From contig JACZSH010000001.1 in the NCBI GenBank assembly GCA_022574315.1, positions 1 through 37,621 on the forward strand: 37,621 nt of DNA. Direction: 5' to 3'. Below, one piece after another: positions 25,368 through 33,565 of this stretch (position 1 is the stretch's first letter; each line of letters opens with the position of its first letter). The notes below the pieces were generated by a model. The model saw nothing but the letters and a program-made list of their open reading frames with translations, had not been told where the DNA came from and did not search any database. This DNA comes from Chloroflexota bacterium. Its GTDB lineage: Bacteria > Chloroflexota > Dehalococcoidia > Dehalococcoidales > RBG-16-60-22. The translations under genes were made by a program, and so were the position numbers.

Positions 25368-25955
25368 GTGACGGCTGGCGCCCTGGCTCTGGCCGGCCGC
25401 CATCATTTTATAGCGCCGCCGGCGGGTACGGAAAAGGTCAGGATGAGGATAAAAAAATCACAAGACCTTTCCATCAGTATCCTCGATGAGATAAACAAGC
25501 TGATTTATGAACTTCGCCCCTCACTCCTTGACGATTTGGGACTGGTGGCGGCGGCACGCTGGCTGGCGGGAAACAACCTGGAGACCGCCGGGATAAAAGT
25601 GGATTTTAAGACGGTCGGCAAGGAGAAGCGGTTACCATCTCAACTGGAAACAACCCTCTTCAGGGTCATCCAGGAAGCGGTGACCAATATCACCCGGCAT
25701 GCCGGCGCCAAAAACACCAGTATCAGCTTACAGTTCAAGCGGAGCCTGATCCGGGTCAGTATCAAGGATGACGGTAAAGGCTTTGACGTCGAGGAAGCGA
25801 TAACTTCTAGAGACCGCCCCCGGGGACTGGGCTTACTCGGTATGAAAGAGAGAGTTGAACTGGCGAAAGGTACTTTAAGCATACGTTCACGGGCCGGTTA
25901 CGGGACGCAGATCAGCATTGAAATTCCGTTAAAACAGGCAGTCGATAACTGGTGA
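25368..25955 (+). CDS. Truncated sensor histidine kinase (end of a HisKA_3 dimerisation helix plus HATPase_c); no sensor domain or H-box
   Basis: IYELRPSLLDDLGLVAAARWL, then the N-box RVIQEAVTNITRHA and G-boxes DDGKGFD and GLGLLGMKERV. There is no HD(x)xxQ phospho-acceptor helix and no room for one after ccmD. GTG-initiated ORF. Confidence 0.6.
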   Translation: MTAGALALAGRHHFIAPPAGTEKVRMRIKKSQDLSISILDEINKLIYELRPSLLDDLGLVAAARWLAGNNLETAGIKVDFKTVGKEKRLPSQLETTLFRVIQEAVTNITRHAGAKNTSISLQFKRSLIRVSIKDDGKGFDVEEAITSRDRPRGLGLLGMKERVELAKGTLSIRSRAGYGTQISIEIPLKQAVDNW

Positions 25956-26025
25956 AAATACCCCTATCTCCGGTGCCCCACCCGCCGGTCAGGTTAGCGC
26001 CATAGACGTCTACCCGGATTCTCTC

Positions 26026-27285
26026 TTATGCCCACGCCTCAGGAAAATACTGGATAGTCGCGTCTGGAATTACGGCCACCTTTGCCTTCTCTCCGTATTC
26101 GCTCCGGAGTTTATGAATCACCTCCGGCCACGCCTTTGCCCAGTTAATCATGTCGGGCGGCGCCAGCCAGTCGGCGCCCACCCGGTCGGCGTACTGGGCA
26201 AGCACCGTCAGACGCTTTGTGCCGGCGGGTAGTCCGGTAGGCACCCCCTCCGGACCTTTCGTTTTCCAGCCCCGGCCGCCAAACTTCTTACCGAAACTCC
26301 GCAGCAGGTAGTGGTGTATCTGGCCTTCCGGGGTAATGGCGATAACCACCATATCGCCGCCCGTCTTGGGCAGCATCGGCGAGGCTACCATCGGCGCCAG
26401 CAACATCTCGTTTGCCTTGGAGAAGCAGTTAGCGATGACGATGTCCGCATCACGCACCATGGCTGTCTCGTAATGCTTTCTGGCCAGTTTTACCCCCTCC
26501 GTGAATTCGGCCAGCGGGTCACCCACGAACAGGGCGGTTACTTGTCTCTTTAAGTTAAGGATGGCGTCCACCTTAATATCCAATCCGGCCAATTGGGCGG
26601 TCTCGATGATATCCTGCATCAGGTCGTTTTTGGCCAGTTCTCCGGCGTGTACATCGGGAGAGCGCCCCAGCCGGCCATGGTTAGCGTCTATCGTATCCAT
26701 GGCAGCGACCCCGGGCATGATTATCTTGCACCCGCCGCCAAAACCGAATGGGTGCGGGACGATGGCGCCGATGCCGATGGTAAGGTCGCAGGCCATGAAC
26801 TCGCTGTTAATGGCGACTGGTGTCCCGTAACTGGTCTTACCGATTGGTGTGCAGTTCTCGTACGGGTTGTGGTTGTAGACCATGAACCGGTCCATAACGT
26901 CCTCCCCCAGCTTCTTCCTGAAGTCAATACCGTTCATCGTCCCGTGCGCCCCGATGGCGGCAATGAAGCGTATGTTATCATCCGGAATGCCCGCCGACGC
27001 CAGTTCCTCCAGGATAAAGGGTATCAGGTCGGCGCTCGGTGTTGGTCGAGACATGTCATCAAAAAGTATGGCCACTTCTTGCTTCCCCTCGGCCATTTCC
27101 CTTATCGTCCGGGTGCCGATAGGGTTGGCGAAGGCTTGCCTGATACCAGCCTCGTTCAGTGGCGGCGCATCCTGTCCTTTCATCTTGCAGACGGTTACGT
27201 CCCACGATTCGGGAAAGTCCAGTTCAAGTTCTTCATCACCGTACCAGGCCAGTATTGGTATGGTTACCTTTTTCGTATGGCTCAC
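26026..27285 (-). CDS. LarA-family (DUF2088) nickel-pincer-nucleotide-dependent 2-hydroxyacid racemase/epimerase homologue
   Basis: GTG start with AGAGG RBS. AAIGAHG and VPHPFGFGGGCKIIMPGVAAMDTIDANHG reproduce the LarA catalytic His / GGxK tether / Ni-His arrangement as I recall it. Confidence 0.8.
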   Translation of the reverse strand: MSHTKKVTIPILAWYGDEELELDFPESWDVTVCKMKGQDAPPLNEAGIRQAFANPIGTRTIREMAEGKQEVAILFDDMSRPTPSADLIPFILEELASAGIPDDNIRFIAAIGAHGTMNGIDFRKKLGEDVMDRFMVYNHNPYENCTPIGKTSYGTPVAINSEFMACDLTIGIGAIVPHPFGFGGGCKIIMPGVAAMDTIDANHGRLGRSPDVHAGELAKNDLMQDIIETAQLAGLDIKVDAILNLKRQVTALFVGDPLAEFTEGVKLARKHYETAMVRDADIVIANCFSKANEMLLAPMVASPMLPKTGGDMVVIAITPEGQIHHYLLRSFGKKFGGRGWKTKGPEGVPTGLPAGTKRLTVLAQYADRVGADWLAPPDMINWAKAWPEVIHKLRSEYGEKAKVAVIPDATIQYFPEAWA

Positions 27286-27375
27286 TTTCTTACCTCTCTA
27301 ATCTGTAATTCACTCCGCTCACTCCGTATCCGGTGTTTTATTTTTGTCTTTCTCCGCCAGGTAGTCCGAAGCGCG

Positions 27376-28743
27376 CTATAAAAATTCTTTTTCAAAATCG
27401 CCCAGCGCGTCATCCAGCATATCGAAGGCGGCGTCAATCTCGCCTTCGGTGATGATAAAAGGCGGCGAGACCAGGAAAGTGTCTCCTCTCACCCCATTAT
27501 CCACCCCGGTGGTCGGGTAACCCATGCACCCCTTGTCCATCGCTATCCGCTGGAAGCGGTTGGCCGCTCTTAGTGTCGGGTCGAAAGGCTCCTTCGTCGC
27601 CTTATCCTTCACCAGTTCGATGCCCATGAGCAGTCCCTTGCCCCGGATATCTCCTACCACCGGGTGTCCGGACAGCTTCTCTCTGCCTTTTTTAAAGAAG
27701 TATTCTCCCAGCCGGGCGCTGCGTTCCACCAGCCCTTCCTTTTCGATGATGTCGATTACGGTCAGGCAGGCTGTCGCCGATACCGGGTTGCCCTCCATGG
27801 TGAAACCGTGGATAAAGCTGGCCCCTTTCTCGGTGAACACTTCCCCTATTTTCCGGTCGATAATCGCCACCGCCATCGGCGTGTAGCCGCCGGTCATTCC
27901 CTTGGCTGAGGTGATGATGTCCGGTTGTACTCCCCAGTGCTCGATGCCGAACCACTTGCCGGTACGGCCGAAACCGCAGATAATCTCGTCGTCGATGAAA
28001 AGGACGTCGTGTTTATCGCAGATTTCTCTTATCATCGGATAGTACTCCGGCACCGGGACCATGCAGGCGGTGCCCGCACCGCCGATAGATTCGGCGATAA
28101 AGGCGGAAACGTACTGGGCGCCGACCTGGTTGATAATCTCGTCCAGGGCGCGGGCGCAGCGGATTTCACAACCGGGATAGGTCGTATCGTAAGGGCAGCG
28201 GTAGCAAAGCGGCGAGCCTATCTTCGGCCACTGGTGCAGCAGAGGGTTGAACTTGAGGCGGCGTCCGGTGTGCCCGGACGCGGATAGCGCCCCCAGCGTC
28301 ATACCGTGGTAACTTTGCCATCGTGATATCACCATGTGTTTCTCCGGGTTCCCGTTCTCCACGTGGTACTGGCGGGCAACTTTTATGGCGGTCTCGTTGG
28401 CCTCTGAGCCGCTGTTACAAAACTGGCACATGGTCAGGTTGGATGGGGAAACCTCGATGATTCGCTCGGCCAGAGCCAGCAAAGGCTCATTCAGCCAGAA
28501 ACCGCGAAAGAAAAAAGAGACCTTCTTCATCTGTTCCATCATGGCGTCTCTTACTCTCGGGTCGCCGTGTCCGATGGAGACCACGTGCGGGCCGCCGCTG
28601 AAATCAAGATATCTTTTACCTTCCTGGTCGAAAAGATAGACTCCTTCGCCGTGGTCGCAAATCACCTGCGGCAGCAGCGGACCGTGCACCGTGCCGAAAA
28701 CGTTGCCGGCTTTCTGCTGGGCGGCTTCTAACCGGTCTGGCAT
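27376..28743 (-). CDS. Class-III (omega-) aminotransferase, paralogue A
   Basis: 455 aa. [37 protein letters not shown] (PLP Lys). Roughly 70% identical by eye to the 31175-32542 product. Confidence 0.9.
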   Translation of the reverse strand: MPDRLEAAQQKAGNVFGTVHGPLLPQVICDHGEGVYLFDQEGKRYLDFSGGPHVVSIGHGDPRVRDAMMEQMKKVSFFFRGFWLNEPLLALAERIIEVSPSNLTMCQFCNSGSEANETAIKVARQYHVENGNPEKHMVISRWQSYHGMTLGALSASGHTGRRLKFNPLLHQWPKIGSPLCYRCPYDTTYPGCEIRCARALDEIINQVGAQYVSAFIAESIGGAGTACMVPVPEYYPMIREICDKHDVLFIDDEIICGFGRTGKWFGIEHWGVQPDIITSAKGMTGGYTPMAVAIIDRKIGEVFTEKGASFIHGFTMEGNPVSATACLTVIDIIEKEGLVERSARLGEYFFKKGREKLSGHPVVGDIRGKGLLMGIELVKDKATKEPFDPTLRAANRFQRIAMDKGCMGYPTTGVDNGVRGDTFLVSPPFIITEGEIDAAFDMLDDALGDFEKEFL

Positions 28744-28890
28744 CCTGTCTCCACCTCGCTGTTAATTATTTCCCGTTTACGCTGGAACCTGTGATACCAT
28801 AGACATAATGGCTGTTTTCTTAAGTCGGGTAAATGCCCGGCGGCTAATGCTGCCGGCAGGCACCGGTCTCAACGGTAGTCCTACCGCCGA

Positions 28891-28948
28891 TATTAAGATA
28901 ATGGCCGTAAGTTGTCAACTATTAAGATAATGGCCGTAAGTTGTCAAC
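28891..28948. repeat. Perfect 29-bp tandem direct repeat (TATTAAGATAATGGCCGTAAGTTGTCAAC x2) that carries minus-strand promoter elements
   Basis: Units at 28891-28919 and 28920-28948 are identical. On the minus strand each unit gives TTGACA, a 17-nt spacer, then TAATAG or TAATAT. Confidence 0.9.
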
Positions 28949-28991
28949 CTGACACCGGCGGTTTTAATATGTTTGTTGTTCTGATTTTCAA

Positions 28992-29020
28992 TTGACTGGC
29001 CGTTTGCCTTCTGATAACAT
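28992..29020 (+). promoter_or_regulatory. Candidate promoter for the corrinoid protein / MtmB-like operon (TTGACT-17-TAACAT)
   Basis: TTGACT at 28992-28997, 17-nt spacer, TAACAT at 29015-29020. AAGGAGG RBS at 29032-29038, ATG at 29044. Confidence 0.4.
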
Positions 29021-29043
29021 GTACAACGGATAAGGAGGGATAG

Positions 29044-29700
29044 ATGGCAGCAGAGAGTAAATATGAGCGATTAAGTGAAGCGATAATAGAGGGGGACGGC
29101 GGCAAGACGTTAGCTGCCATTGAGGAAGCGTTACAGGGAGGCATGGCGCCGGGGGAGGTTATCGAAAAAGGGCTGACCCCGGGGATGAAAGAAGTCGGGG
29201 AACGGTTTGCCCGCTATGAGATATACCTGCCGGAGATGATGATGGCCGGGGAGGCCTGGGAGCAGGCGATGAAGGTACTGGAGCCGAAGCTGCTGGCCGC
29301 CGGCGGGGAGAAAAAGAAAGCCGGCCGGGTGGTCATCGGCACGGTCAGTGGTGACGTGCACTCGATAGGCAAAAACATCGTGGCGGCGATGTTAAAGATG
29401 AACGGGTTTGAGGTATTTGACATTGGCATCGACGTGGCGTCGTCGGTATTTGTCACCCGGGCTGAGGAGGTAGGGGCGGACATTATTGCCGCCTCGGCGC
29501 TGATGAGCACCACCATGCCGCAGCAGCGAGACATTATCGAGCACCTGGAAGCCCGTGGAGTGCGTGACAAGTACACATTTCTGGTGGGCGGTGGTTCCAC
29601 CAGTCAGGAGTGGGCGGACAGCATCGGCGCTGATGGCTACGGGCGGACGGCGGGAGACGCGGCGGCATTGGCCTTGAAAGTGATGGCGGGTAAGAGTTAA
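29044..29700 (+). CDS. Cobalamin-binding corrinoid protein (MtmC/MtbC/MttC-like: B12-binding_2 cap plus Rossmann B12 domain)
   Basis: DxHxxG motif GDVHSIGKN (29353-29370) followed by FEVFDIGIDV ... SALMSTTM ... LVGGG. Size (218 aa) and helical N-terminal cap fit methyltransferase-cognate corrinoid proteins. Confidence 0.85.
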   Translation: MAAESKYERLSEAIIEGDGGKTLAAIEEALQGGMAPGEVIEKGLTPGMKEVGERFARYEIYLPEMMMAGEAWEQAMKVLEPKLLAAGGEKKKAGRVVIGTVSGDVHSIGKNIVAAMLKMNGFEVFDIGIDVASSVFVTRAEEVGADIIAASALMSTTMPQQRDIIEHLEARGVRDKYTFLVGGGSTSQEWADSIGADGYGRTAGDAAALALKVMAGKS

Positions 29701-29745
29701 AGGAGAGACTTAAAAGTGGTGGCGGGTACAAAGTTAAAGGAGAGA
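29680..29745 (+). repeat. Imperfect tandem duplication of the corrinoid-gene 3' end plus RBS (GTGRTGGCGGGTA..AGTTAAAGGAGAGA x2)
   Basis: 29680-29708 (GTGATGGCGGGTAAGAGTTAAAGGAGAGA) and 29716-29745 (GTGGTGGCGGGTACAAAGTTAAAGGAGAGA). The second copy supplies the RBS of the MtmB-like gene. Confidence 0.8.
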
Positions 29746-29752
29746 TATATAG

Positions 29753-31141
29753 ATGCTTAGTTTTGCGGCGGTAGTTGACCGCGCTTTAAGCGGGCCGATA
29801 TGCACGGAGCGGGATTTTGAGTTGGGGATTTTTGTGCCCAACCTGCGCCGGGTAGTTGAGAAATATGATATTAAGTATGACCCGCAGAATCCGGTACCGG
29901 CGGACGATGATTTAGCCGACCGGGTATGGGAGGCAGGGCTGGAGTTCCTCACCGAGACGGGTGTTTACTGCACGGATACGGAGCGGCGGATACTGTTCAC
30001 GAGGGAAGAGATAGAGGGGGCGTTAGCCTTCGGGCCCCGTGGCAACACCTTTGGTGAAGGTAAAGACGCCAAAGTAATGCCCCGTCGTCGTCCTGAAGAC
30101 GAGACTCCGCCCTGGTGCTCGGTGGGCCCCACTTCCTCCCCCCTCTCCAGCGAACAGATTTACCTCAGCATCGTCAAGGCTCACGCCGAGAACCCGCTGG
30201 GAAACTCCATTACCATTCCCTGCCTGACCATGGTGGACGGCCGGCAGATAGTGGCCGGCAGCCCCTTGGGCATAGAAGGCGCCATCCGGGCGGTGCTGCT
30301 GACTCGCGAGGCAATGCGCCGGGCCGGTCGACCCGGCATGCCCATCGTCAACGGCGTCACTACCGCCGCCAGGTCTCAGGAGCATATCGCCGCCCATCGC
30401 TTTGGCCTTCGCCAGTCTGATGCCATGGAGATAGGCACCACTCACGAGATGAAGATTGATTTCGATTCTTTGAACAAGATTGCCTTTTCGCTGGCCGCCG
30501 GCAGTCTCGTTTTTGCCGAGAACGGCGTTATCCTGGGTGGTCTCGCCGGCGGGCCGGCCGGTGTCGCCGTGGTCACCGCCGCTTACAATCCGGTGGATAT
30601 ATTAGTCCTGCGCGGCGCCGTCCAGCACCCCTTCCCCACCCACTTTGACCTTGGGGTAACTTCCACCCGGGACACCATCTGGCCGCGCAGCCTGGCCAAC
30701 CAGGCAATCACCCGTAACAGCTCCCTGCCGGTGGTCAACGTTGGCTACTCCGGGGCCGGCCCGATGACCAAGATGCTCTATTACGAGCACTCGGCATGGG
30801 TCATTGCCTCCGTCGTCTCCGGTGGCTCCATCGAGGTCGGCGCGTCGGCACGCGGCACGACCCTTGACTACACCAGTCCCATCGAACCACTCCTCGCTTC
30901 TGAGGTCGCCCATGCCGTGGCCGGGATGAGCCGTCCGGAAGCCAACAAGATAATCAATGTCCTCCTGGCTAAGTACGAGGACAACCTGCGCAACCCGCCT
31001 GCCGGCCAGCGTTACCAGGAATGCTTTGACGTGGCCAGCGGAACCCCCACCGCGGAATGCGCTGCGCTTTACCGCGAGGTCAAGCAGGAAATGGCGGATG
31101 AGTTCGGCCTGAAATTTAATCCTGTCTCGCCCTATGCGTAG
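29753..31141 (+). CDS. Monomethylamine methyltransferase MtmB-family homologue, pyrrolysine-free (copy 1)
   Basis: The 462-aa uninterrupted ORF is collinear with Methanosarcina MtmB as I recall it: GVYCTDTERRILFTREEI vs GIYCTDTHRIVKYTEDEI; AGRPGMPIVNG vs AGRPGMGV(Pyl)G; PAGQRYQECFDV vs PAGKTFQECYDV. No in-frame TAG. Confidence 0.8.
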   Translation: MLSFAAVVDRALSGPICTERDFELGIFVPNLRRVVEKYDIKYDPQNPVPADDDLADRVWEAGLEFLTETGVYCTDTERRILFTREEIEGALAFGPRGNTFGEGKDAKVMPRRRPEDETPPWCSVGPTSSPLSSEQIYLSIVKAHAENPLGNSITIPCLTMVDGRQIVAGSPLGIEGAIRAVLLTREAMRRAGRPGMPIVNGVTTAARSQEHIAAHRFGLRQSDAMEIGTTHEMKIDFDSLNKIAFSLAAGSLVFAENGVILGGLAGGPAGVAVVTAAYNPVDILVLRGAVQHPFPTHFDLGVTSTRDTIWPRSLANQAITRNSSLPVVNVGYSGAGPMTKMLYYEHSAWVIASVVSGGSIEVGASARGTTLDYTSPIEPLLASEVAHAVAGMSRPEANKIINVLLAKYEDNLRNPPAGQRYQECFDVASGTPTAECAALYREVKQEMADEFGLKFNPVSPYA

Positions 31142-31174
31142 TCAATAACTTATGCTGAAGGGATAATTTGAGCC

Positions 31175-32542
31175 ATGTCTGAGCGATTGGATGCCGCTAA
31201 AAAAGCGCGTACCAAAGTATTTGGTGTTTTATCCTCCCTGCCCGCCGAACGTATCTGCGACCACGGTGAAGGGGTTTACCTCTTTGACCAGGACGGCCGG
31301 CAGTACATTGATTTTTCCGGCAGTCCCATGGCCTGTTGTCTCGGGCATGGCGACCAGCGGATAACCCGCGCCGTCACCGAACAGATGCAGAAGGTAAGTC
31401 TCTGCTTCAACACCTACTGGATTAATGAACGTGAGGGAGAACTGGCCGAAAGAGTCCTCCGCCGTGCCCCGCGGAACATGGCGCGCTGCCAGTTTCTCAA
31501 CAGCGGCTCGGAAGCCACCGAATCGGCCATCAAGCTCGCCCGCCAGTACCACCTGGAAAACGGGCAGCCGGGAAAATACATGGTTATCTCCCGCTGGCAG
31601 AGTTATCACGGCATGACCCTGGGCGCGCTTTCCGTAACCGGATTTTCCAGCCGCCGGGATAAGTTTACTCCCCTCCTCCAATCCTGGCCCAAGATAGATG
31701 CGCCGCTTTGCTACCGCTGCCCCTACGATATGACCTATCCGGGCTGCGAAGTCCGCTGCGCCCGCGCCCTGGACGATATTATCAACCAGGTCGGCGCCCA
31801 GTACGTCTCCGCCTTTATCGCCGAACCAATCGGCGGCGCCGCCAGCGCCGCAATGGTGCCCGTGCCGGAGTATTATCCCCTGATAAGAGAAATCTGCGAT
31901 AAACACGACGTCCTGTTCATCGACGATGAGGTTATCTGCGGTTTCGGCCGCACCGGTAAATGGTTCGGCATCGACCACTGGGGGGTACAACCGGACATCA
32001 TCACCATGGCCAAAGGAATGACCGGCGCCTATACCCCCCTGGCTGCCATACTGGTTTCCGACCGTATCGTCGGCGTTTTTGAGCAGACCGGGGGCAAGTT
32101 CATCAATGCCTTTACCACCGCCGGAAATCCGGTTTCCTGCGCCGCCGGCATCGCCGTGGTCGATATTATAGAGAATGAAGGACTGGTCGAACGCAGTGCC
32201 CGGTTAGGTGAGTACCTGCACCGGCGTGCCCGGGAGAAGCTCTCTCATCACCCCGTGGTCGGTGATATTCGCGGCCGGGGTATGCTTATGGGAGTAGAGC
32301 TGGTCAGGGATAAGGCCACTAAGGAACCTTTTGACTCTTCCCTGCTGGCCGGTTCCCGCGTGCATCGTCTGGCTATGGAAAAAGGGTGTATGGTCTTCCC
32401 CACTTCCGGCTTTGTCCATGGCGTCCGGGGAGATGCCATCATGATGGCGCCGCCTTATATTATCACCGAGGCGCAGATTGACGCCGCTCTTGATATGGTA
32501 GACGAATCGCTGGCTGACTTCGCCCAAGAAATTGCCGGGTAA
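31175..32542 (+). CDS. Class-III (omega-) aminotransferase, paralogue B
   Basis: 455 aa. [37 protein letters not shown]. Starts 33 nt after the MtmB-like gene. Confidence 0.9.
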   Translation: MSERLDAAKKARTKVFGVLSSLPAERICDHGEGVYLFDQDGRQYIDFSGSPMACCLGHGDQRITRAVTEQMQKVSLCFNTYWINEREGELAERVLRRAPRNMARCQFLNSGSEATESAIKLARQYHLENGQPGKYMVISRWQSYHGMTLGALSVTGFSSRRDKFTPLLQSWPKIDAPLCYRCPYDMTYPGCEVRCARALDDIINQVGAQYVSAFIAEPIGGAASAAMVPVPEYYPLIREICDKHDVLFIDDEVICGFGRTGKWFGIDHWGVQPDIITMAKGMTGAYTPLAAILVSDRIVGVFEQTGGKFINAFTTAGNPVSCAAGIAVVDIIENEGLVERSARLGEYLHRRAREKLSHHPVVGDIRGRGMLMGVELVRDKATKEPFDSSLLAGSRVHRLAMEKGCMVFPTSGFVHGVRGDAIMMAPPYIITEAQIDAALDMVDESLADFAQEIAG

Positions 32543-32591
32543 GTCTGGTTTCCAAAAGGGGGTTATCTCCCCGGTTTTATCGCCGCTTCCG

Positions 32592-33071
32592 TTACGGAGT
32601 GGCTCCCATGTGATGGATTAATTCGATGGTATCCATCAGGCCGTCCCCTCCCTTGATGGTGTCCAGATTGACGAAGGTTTCCGTCCTCAGGATGCTGGGA
32701 ATAGCCGATATTTCCCGCTCGATAAACTGGGCCAGTTCCTCGGGCGATTTGGTAACCACGATAGCCATCAGGTCGTATCGGCCGGTGACAAAAGCCAGGT
32801 AGCAGATATGCTTATTCTTGGCCAGCTTTTCGGCAACTTGTCTCAGGTCCTCCATCTTGACCTGGATTCCCGCGATGCCGATAAAGCCATAACCCAGCTT
32901 TCGCATGTTTGGTACCGCCACTATCTTGATGAGGTTCTTACCCAGCAGGTTCTTTATCCTTTTCCGTATCGTGCCCTCAACGACTCCCATTTTCTTTGCC
33001 AGTTTAACGTAGCCCTCCCGGCCATTTTCCTGCAATTCAATAATTAATTTTCTGTCTAGGTCATCAATCAT
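32592..33071 (-). CDS. Lrp/AsnC-family transcriptional regulator
   Basis: DDLDRKLIIELQENGREGYVKLAKKMGVVEGTIRKRIKNL (HTH), then an RAM/ACT-like domain (VTGRYDLMAIV). Confidence 0.9.
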   Translation of the reverse strand: MIDDLDRKLIIELQENGREGYVKLAKKMGVVEGTIRKRIKNLLGKNLIKIVAVPNMRKLGYGFIGIAGIQVKMEDLRQVAEKLAKNKHICYLAFVTGRYDLMAIVVTKSPEELAQFIEREISAIPSILRTETFVNLDTIKGGDGLMDTIELIHHMGATP

Positions 33072-33357
33072 TATCTTCTCCCTGGTTCTTTCGAGTTTGG
33101 ATTATAGCAGGCACTCCCTTATAAGTCAAGAAAATATTACGCATAACGTAAAAATATTAGCTGGATTGTTAGGGAAACCGCTTTTTCGCCTGGCGATAAT
33201 TGTGCGGTATCTTGATTTGACAAAAATCCCCGTTTAATGTTAAGAAGTGGCATATACCAATTGCCTTATTTTCACGTTCAACCTGCCTGTGAACATTTAA
33301 AGCAAGGCCCTTACCGTGTAGAATATTCAGCATTGTGGTATGTATCGTATATAATAC

Positions 33358-33386
33358 TTGACAATAACCGATAAACGTAATACTAA
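33358..33386 (+). promoter_or_regulatory. Candidate promoter for the aminotransferase C / MtmB-like-2 unit (TTGACA-17-TACTAA)
   Basis: TTGACA at 33358-33363, 17-nt spacer, TACTAA at 33381-33386, in an AT-rich 480-bp divergent intergenic region. Confidence 0.35.
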
Positions 33387-33565
33387 TGCCAATATATGAC
33401 TTGATAAATGTAGGAAAACGTGATGAATAATATGGCGTGAAAATGTCATGGCCTGGCCGCGCTGCGGGCTGAGAAGGGCTGAACTCGCCTGTCGGCGAGT
33501 TCGGAAAAATGTAGCTCTGTTTTTGAATCCCGGCAGGCAGTAAATAAATACGGATGGAGAATCAA

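Noticed and set aside
26593-27381. 262-aa ORF on the plus strand (also 26501-26830 and 26882-27301)
   Set aside because: These are antisense shadows of the LarA-family gene, low in complexity, and do not respect the operon structure.
28891-28948. Possible CRISPR array
   Set aside because: There are only two repeat units, directly abutting with no spacer, and no cas genes. It is better explained as a duplicated promoter or operator.
28744-29043. Cobalamin riboswitch upstream of the corrinoid protein gene
   Set aside because: I looked for B12-box and core motifs in the 300-bp intergenic region and found none. The region is dominated by the 29-bp tandem repeat and promoter-like hexamers.
32551-32580. 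Bidirectional intrinsic terminator between convergent aminotransferase B and the AsnC regulator (GGGGG-ttatct-CCCC followed by GGTTTT)
   Set aside because: The stem is only 4-5 bp and the U-tract is short and interrupted, which is too weak to annotate.
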